64,000 bases of DNA from Azolla caroliniana. Taxonomy: Eukaryota; Plantae; Polypodiophyta. This document shows positions 57,112 to 64,000 of this stretch, piece after piece. Each line of letters begins with the position of its first letter. Position 1 is the stretch's first letter. Under the pieces are notes generated by a model that was given only the letters and a program-made list of their open reading frames with translations, was not told the origin of the DNA and ran no database searches. The stretch covers positions 15,314,001 through 15,378,000 of the forward strand of contig JBHGNT010000002.1 of NCBI GenBank assembly GCA_043228905.1, written 5' to 3'. Both the position numbers and the translations under genes were made by a program.

Positions 57112-57769
57112 ATTATAGATGCTAGAATTATCTTCCTCATTTATGGGATTGATAAAAAAATACATGGCTTTAGGAAACTCTTTCTTTCATACCAATTAAT
57201 ATGAATTGGTGAATGCATTGTCTTCCTATATGTAGGAAGATTTATTTATTTATTTATTAATAATGAAACTTAATATCGTGGATCCTACAAAACCATACAA
57301 AGATCAATGTTTAGTTTCATTTCAATGATGATAAATTATGTTACACAATGTTTCACTATACATGCAAGATGATTGTGTTCCATATCCGAGGATTCTCATT
57401 TCTTTTGTTTAAGCATGTGAATGTGCAACAATAAACAATGGCGTATTGAACATTGGAATAGACCTCTTCCCTTTAAATACATTTGTTTTTTAAATCGAGA
57501 ATGAATCCACTAATATATGTCCCACTAGATGGCTAACAAGATGGGGTATGGTGAGACCTATCAAACCACATGTTTCCACTCTACCCTAACCGAAAAAATC
57601 GGGTTTCAAATTACAATGTGAAGAAATCCAAATGTCTCCTAATGTAAATCACTAGTTTACCAACCTCGAAAACCTTCTCCAAGTCCACATCAATCCTCAG
57701 ATGTTTGGTATTGGTTGTATTTTCACCGTTGTAGATATTATTTAGATAGCGAGAAAAACCTTCACCATG

Positions 57770-58390
57770 TGCTTTTGAGGCATCTCAATCACTTTATGAG
57801 TCCAGATATACTAGCTCTTGGTATAGCATGATGGTGAGTTTGCTTCTTGCAAATTTTAATCTCTCATGAGGACCGTAATAAATTAATACGCCAAGAAATA
57901 TGGCAAATTTACACTCGGTATAAATGGATAACCCCATTAGTGTCACTCCCATCTAAAATGTTGTACTATAAGGAACACTTCATCCACTTCTCTAAGTTAG
58001 GTTTTATTACACGACTAAAATATCTAGATACATTCTTACCAAATGCACTAAGGGTTGCCATTGGACAACTTTGAATATCATCTCACCAACTTGATATTGA
58101 GAATGGTCATACTAATGGGGTCCCTAGAGAGGAACGGATATGTAGATTATGTCACATAGAAATAGAGGTGAGTACCACTTTACATGCAAGTGTCCAACTT
58201 ACGCCGAGATAAGGGAAAAAATACCAAGACATACTCGGACCTTCTCCCACCCTCTCCAAACTATTAGATACTCTAGATATAAAGAAGTTAGGTAGATATA
58301 TCTTAGAGCTAAAACAACATAGAGAGAATAAACTACAAAATATTAACAATAACTTTTCTAATATTCACCAACATGTAGCCAATGAAGTTT
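57770..58390 (+). mobile_element. Degenerate LINE C-terminal fragment (paralog of 16850-17460)
   Basis: Same SSHQLDIENG...ERICRLC motif with additional stops. Confidence 0.7.
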
Positions 58391-59363
58391 TTCATGGACA
58401 GGGGAAGACGAGGAATGTGGACACACATGCACCACTCGGCCTCTTCCTTGATGAAGTAGAAAACCAAAGAAGAACCAAACGCCCTCGAATGTCGTGTTTC
58501 AAAGCAACTCGACGTGGTGTAGAACCAATTAAGAAAATAAGGAAATGTGAGCTCCACCACGTGGAAGCCATGGTTGGGATAGTTTCTACATCGGGACCAT
58601 GGGCCACACCCACATCGAAACCCTTTGACCTCCCACTTCTTTTCGAGAGACTTGGATTCTCTCATATAGATTCTCTCACTCACACACAAATAGTTTCTCT
58701 TTAATAGTAATTGAATTAATTTTGAACTATAGTAGATGAGGTGCAATACAAAGTCAAACCCATCTAATTGCCCATTGTATCCCTTATCACTTAATTCCTC
58801 TAGATGAACCTATTTGGTGGACACGATTTCATATAATCCTTCTAACATCTACTAAGTCATGGCTCTAACCACTAGGCCATTATATATTTATGCCCCCTTT
58901 TTCTTCCCCTTGCTTTTCTCATGTAATTTTGACATTTCCTTATTGCGTTCCCACCTTCCTCATGCCCACATCATGATATCCACTCCCCACAAAACCAAAA
59001 ATCCTCTGGTAGGTGCCTTGAATGGTTGTTGATGGGTGGGGGGTGGAGCCAAGAACAATTCCACCCTAGGGGTTTACACGTCAGGGAGAGGGAGAGAGAG
59101 AAAGAGATACACAGAAAATTAGAGGGAAAAATTATATATGCATTACATGCCCATAAGGGGTTTATGTGGTACATAATGTAACAATTGCATAATATGACTG
59201 TTACAAAAGAAGTTCGTTACATTCTTGTTCACATGCACATAATTGTGGATGTCTTCATACATATATTTATCCTCACTCACACTCGTATACATTACGCATA
59301 TACCACATCCCCTTTATCGTGTTTGACCCTTACACCACCCCGTACACTCCTATGAGTAACAGA

Positions 59364-59403
59364 TGGCACGCCTGTGGGACAGTGAATTGCAAGGTGAACC
59401 CAC
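59364..59403 (-). other. tRNA-Arg 3'-half-like motif next to an LTR-like edge (family C remnant)
   Basis: The minus strand reads GTGGG-ttcaccttgcaattcactgt-CCCAC-AGGCGTGCCA, then TC, then TGTTACTC. Confidence 0.65.
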
Positions 59404-60950
59404 TTGCCATGTCTACTCTTATAAACCAGAACTCTATCAGTCGTCTCGTTGGTCGAAAATCCCTCAACCGGATCACAGCTCTACGATCGATAACTTCGAT
59501 CAGAGGTTTTCTTGACCCAAACCTTCTCATTCGGTCAACACATCTCTCGGTTGGATCACACACCAATCGGCTCGTCCGCTATGGCATGGGTCGTAAAGTC
59601 GTTGTGTGTATGTGTATTCTCCAGTTTTTTCATGTGAGGTAAATTTAATGTTTTGTACCCCTTGGTCTTTGAAATTTTCATTTTTTACCCTCACATTTTT
59701 GAAATTTTATCATATGCCCTTATGAAATTTAGTTCTATGCCCTCTTGTTTTCGAAATCTTATTTTCTACCCCTTTCTTTTTCTTCTACTTTCTTTCCTTG
59801 CTTTCTTCTTCCTCTTTTGTCGAATTCTTCATTTTCTTGACATGCTCGTCTGCCGTCTCTCTATCCAGCCGGTTGTCTGACCGCCTATTTGACTCCATGC
59901 GCCGGTCGTCGCTATCTGATGGTTGTCCAATGATTGTTGGTTATCCGACCAGCTATCCAAACTGTCTTTACAGGCGTCGCCTTTCGGCGGCCGGCTCTGT
60001 CATCGTCTATTCGCTCAGTCAGACGTCGGCGGTTACTATATGTCAAGCCCATCGACCAACTCTACTGCTCGTCGCTGTCCACTGGCCTCAGCCTCGGTTT
60101 TCAGGTCGGATTTCTCTATCCGTCCTTCATTCGTTGGTCGTCTCTTAGTCCGGCCAATTAGCCGGTTGTTGGTTGGGCCACGTTCGGCTTGCTCATGTAA
60201 CACTGTCCCTCAATCTCAATTTGAGGTCGATCTTCTATGTCAGCATCTGCCAATCCTTATCTCCGGCTCCTCCTAGCATCTTCACGCCTTGCTCACGTTC
60301 CTCGACTCGTCCGGTCCCGCGCGTCTCGGCCTCCTCGATTGGCTTGTCCGCTCATCAGTCCCATTTCAGCTCCCTTGTTGTTGTGATATTGACGCTTCTC
60401 GACCCATCACCTCCGTCGTGTCGGCATCGACTTCAATTGCCCTCTCGCCCGCTTAGCCTTTATGTGATTCAACTCATCCGAATCAAACTACTCAACCGAA
60501 TCAGCTGCCTCCGATTCATTCGCACTCTTGTCCGAATTGGTTGTCTCCAATTCTTCTTCCTTTTCGAGGCCCTTTAACACATCAGACCATGTTCTGGTCC
60601 TCGTCTTTTTTTTTCGGTCGGCTTTGTCTCTTTTGCTGCCTGTTCCAACTCTTCAGTCGATTCCACATCTAATTCGGCTTTCTCTTGTTGCTCTCCCCTT
60701 GTTGTTCCACATATTCTCCCCCTCAAGGGCAGCACGTGGAGATGTTGTAACCCAAGCATCTCTGAAAAGTGCTACAACTTGTCTGATCCGAGCGCCTTGG
60801 TGAAGATGTCGACCACCAGCCGATCCGTTCAAACATACCGGAGTTCGACTTCACCACTCAAGACCTACTAGGGCACAAAGATATACTGCACTTCTATGTG
60901 CTTCATACGAGCATGGAAAACGGGGTTCTTTGCCAGTTGCATGCTACTGA

Positions 60951-63351
60951 TGTTGTCGCAGTAGATTGGAATCGGAGTGGGAACATCGTGTTAGGAATAT
61001 GTCCCTCCTATGGGAGCATCTAATTGGTCGAGCCAAATGCCGACAATCGAAGACATGAAGAGTCGACTGTGGGAGTCGACAGTAGGACAGTCTAAGTCGA
61101 AGACACGACCAACTAGTCGGGTTGACCGGATGGTCGAAGACTAGGCCGACTAGTTGGGCTGACTGGACAGTTTCAATTGGTTGAATAACTATTATTGTTA
61201 TAATAGGAATACCAACATTTGTAAATAGCCTATACGGTGTATAAGTATAAATATACTTAGGGCAAACATAGTGAGTGTAAAACAAAATAGTTGTGAACCT
61301 TTGTTGTTGAGTGTGACAGAGAAGAGAGAGCGGCAGCAAAGTTCAATGAACTTGCTAAGAACCCTAAGCGGGTTATCCTCTGTGTGCATCAGAGAAGATT
61401 GTAACTGTTTTCTGTATTCTCTTGTATAGTGGATCTCTGTTTCTCCCGTGGTTTTTTCCCGGTTAGGATTTCCATGTTAAACACTGTGTATCTTGTTCAT
61501 TTTGTTGTTGTTTTTTTTGTTTCTGAGTTGTGTATTCTCGGCATATCTTTCTGATGAACATTCGATTTGAATTCAACAAACTGGTATCAGAACAAAGTTG
61601 AAGATGGATGGAGGTGTGAGCAGTTTCCCAGGCATGATAGTGCTAAACTCTCAGAACTATGCGGACTGGAAGATAAAGATGGAGGACCTTCTCATAGTCA
61701 AAAGCCTATACAAGCCAATCAACAGAGCAGAAATACCCACAGGGGGTATTAGAGTCGGAATGGAAACTTCTTAAAAGAAAGGCGGTGGCCACAATCTAAC
61801 AATGCGTCAACGTGAGTGTCCTTCTACATGTGGCGAACGACACAAATGCCTACGATGTGGCAGAAGCTATCAGGCTTATATGAGATGAAGAATGTCGTCA
61901 ACAAAACATCCCTAATGAGTGCAAAAGTATTTTTAGAATTCAAGCCATTGAACGTTAGAAGAATATAAGGTTTGGAGCATAATATGAACCATACGTACCA
62001 TACGTGCATTCGCATTCGCGAATGTTTCAATCATTCGAGTAAGAAAAGCACCCTGAAACAATGATAAATACCATACTTTTGGATTAACTATTTATTACGA
62101 GGTAAATAAGCGTAAAAATGAAAGAAAAAACAAAAAAATACATTTAAAAAATTGGAAAAAAACACAAGAATGTTTGAATAATATTCGCATTCGTTTTCCA
62201 ACGTAGCAAAACAAATGTTATGCTAGACGAACACGAATTTTACGTACTATGGTATGGAGAATTCAAGAAGTCAAAAGTAAAAGTAAGATACATAGAGAAA
62301 AGTAAAAAGAGAAAAAGCGGGCCATAAAAAACAGTAAAAAAGGAATGGTCATAACTCTTTCGTTTGTAACCCAAATATCACGTTTTAATATGGGTTAGAA
62401 AGCTTGTAAAGAGAGTTATCTATATATTTTTAAATCTCTAAATTTGGAGCTCGGATGAGGGAGATATGATGATTAGAAGGTCATTGTGTCTTAACTAAAA
62501 ATAGGAGATAAAAAGCTTCTAAAAATAGCGTGAACGGGGAAGAAGAAGATTATAAGAAGTGAGAAAAAGAAAGATTATAAGGGGGGTGAGGAGGAGAGGT
62601 CTTGGTAGGGGAAGGAAGAGTCTTAGAAGAGAGGAAGAGGGCCTAATAGAGGAGGAGGAGTCTTGGGAAGAGGTGTTTTAGTAGAAGAGGGGTCCTAATA
62701 GAGGAGGAGGCGGCTTGGGAAGAGGTGTCTTAGTGGAAGAGGATGGGTCTTAGTAGTGGGTTTGAGTGATTGGAAGTAAGAAGGTCTTTGGTTTTTTAGT
62801 TCAATGTGGATTTTATCTCCTTTGTATAGTCTTGATAATTGAATATTACAACATTCTTACCCCTTTCTCATCCTCTCTATCTTTTATGTTAATTTTTTGA
62901 CTCTCCCTCTCTAATTCGTAGTTACCTTGGTCATTATAATCTATTTTAATTCACAACTCTCTCTAATCTTCTTGGTTAAGCCCTCATATTGGGTACGACA
63001 ATCCTTTGTCTTATACACTCTATCAATGAGGAAGATCGTGAGGCTGAAATAGAGGGATGGGGAAAGCATAGTTGAGCACGTCAGCTCATTCATGGGGTAT
63101 GTGAATCAACTTGCCGCAACCAAATTTCCCCTTGAGGATGCAATGCAGGCCATTCTCCTATTGTGCAGCCTGTCGGACAGTTGGGAGAACTTGTCTCTAC
63201 AAGCGGTAAAGACAAGCATCTTGAACGAGGAGAATAGAAGGAAGGACAAGGGTGTCCTGGCCCTGTCGGAGTCAAACTTGACTCAACATACCGGTAGAGG
63301 AAGGAACTGAGAAAGGAGTCCACCACAGAGAGAAAAGTCCCATGTCAAATC
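60951..63351 (+). mobile_element. Degenerate Copia 5' part (LTR 60951-61578, PBS TGGTATCAGA 61582-61591, gag)
   Basis: Gag resumes after the solo LTR (MRKIVRLK, VNQLAATKFPLEDAMQAILL) and is closely similar to the intact Copia gag. Confidence 0.9.
61920..63025. repeat. Solo LTR (1106 bp) inside Copia gag
   Basis: TG...CA termini and a perfect 5-bp TSD ATGAG (61915-61919 / 63026-63030). Confidence 0.85.
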
Positions 63352-63627
63352 TGTTGGGAACTCGACGTTCTTTATGTCCGACGCTCGGCCACAACCGAGA
63401 TTCTTTTCACACACAGAAAACAGGTAATGAAACGCGACACAAAAGAGGAGAAATGGTACACAGGAGGTATACGTGGAAAACCCCAAAATAGGGGGAAAAA
63501 CCACGGCAACCCACAAGCTGCAAACTGTCACTATGCAGAAATATACAACAGTGAGATCACTGAGGCAACGACCTCGTGCTCTCAGATCTTCGCCACAGGC
63601 GGCGGTTACAACAGAGGCTTCGACCTC

Positions 63628-63660
<33 letters not shown>

Positions 63661-64000
63661 CAGTTACGCGCTCTGATTCCACGGCAGCCCACAAGCTGCA
63701 AACTGTCACTATGCAGAAATATACAACAGTGAGATCACTGAGGCAACGACCTCGTGCTCTCAGATCTTCGCCACAGGCGGCGGTTACAACAGAGGCTTCG
63801 ACCTCGTCTCTCTCTCTCTCTCTCTGTCTCTATACAGTTACGCGCTCTGATTTCTTCTTACACCAACAACGAAGAATAATCACAAAACGACAACTCTATT
63901 AAAAAGTTTGCCCTAAGTCATATTTATACTAATATGACTCTTCGGCTATTTACAAATGTAGCCTCGATGGGCTCTATCCGACTCTCTGCAGTCGGGTACT
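63352..64000 (-). repeat. Copia-type LTR running off the window, with an internal 178-bp tandem duplication (63501-63678 / 63679-63852)
   Basis: The reverse complement ends TCGGTTGTGGCCGAG...GTTCCCAACA and contains GTATAAATATGACTTAGGGCAAAC, like the LTR at 17708-18052. Confidence 0.8.

Larger units (their letters stand above)
54680..62166 (+). repeat. Segmental duplication copy 2 (pre-insertion state)
   Basis: Contains single copies of the three target sites: TGAAT, TGACC and GTGTG (from GCGTG). Confidence 0.95.

Overview
This is eukaryotic, plant-type heterochromatin-like DNA. The retroelement lineages suggest a non-seed land plant (bryophyte, lycophyte or fern), but that is inference. Most of the window is nested LTR retrotransposons. 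The only recognisable host genes are two near-identical, intronless, secreted dirigent-like genes (15638-16189 and 56560-57111). They lie in a ~7.5-kb direct segmental duplication. Copy 1 (5612-~31800) was later expanded by three TSD-flanked insertions whose empty sites are visible in copy 2 (~54680-62166): a non-chromovirus Gypsy, a nearly pristine Copia with an intact ~1357-aa ORF, and a Tcn1-like chromovirus with a Tf1-type self-priming signature. The most unusual signal is in a group of related Gypsy families (A, B and a remnant C, five sites). They have no polypurine tract before the 3' LTR. Exactly 2 nt before the LTR they instead carry a conserved 40-nt copy of a tRNA-Arg 3' half (T-stem, T-loop with an inserted mini-hairpin, acceptor strand, CCA). 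This is an inverted, bipartite second primer-binding site, and it suggests that both cDNA strands are tRNA-primed. Other notable features are a fungal Ylt1-like Gypsy, solo LTRs with 4-bp CpG-centred TSDs, strong CCGG enrichment in several elements, and a probable gene-conversion tract over the dirigent genes. All alignments and counts were made by eye; no database searches were run.
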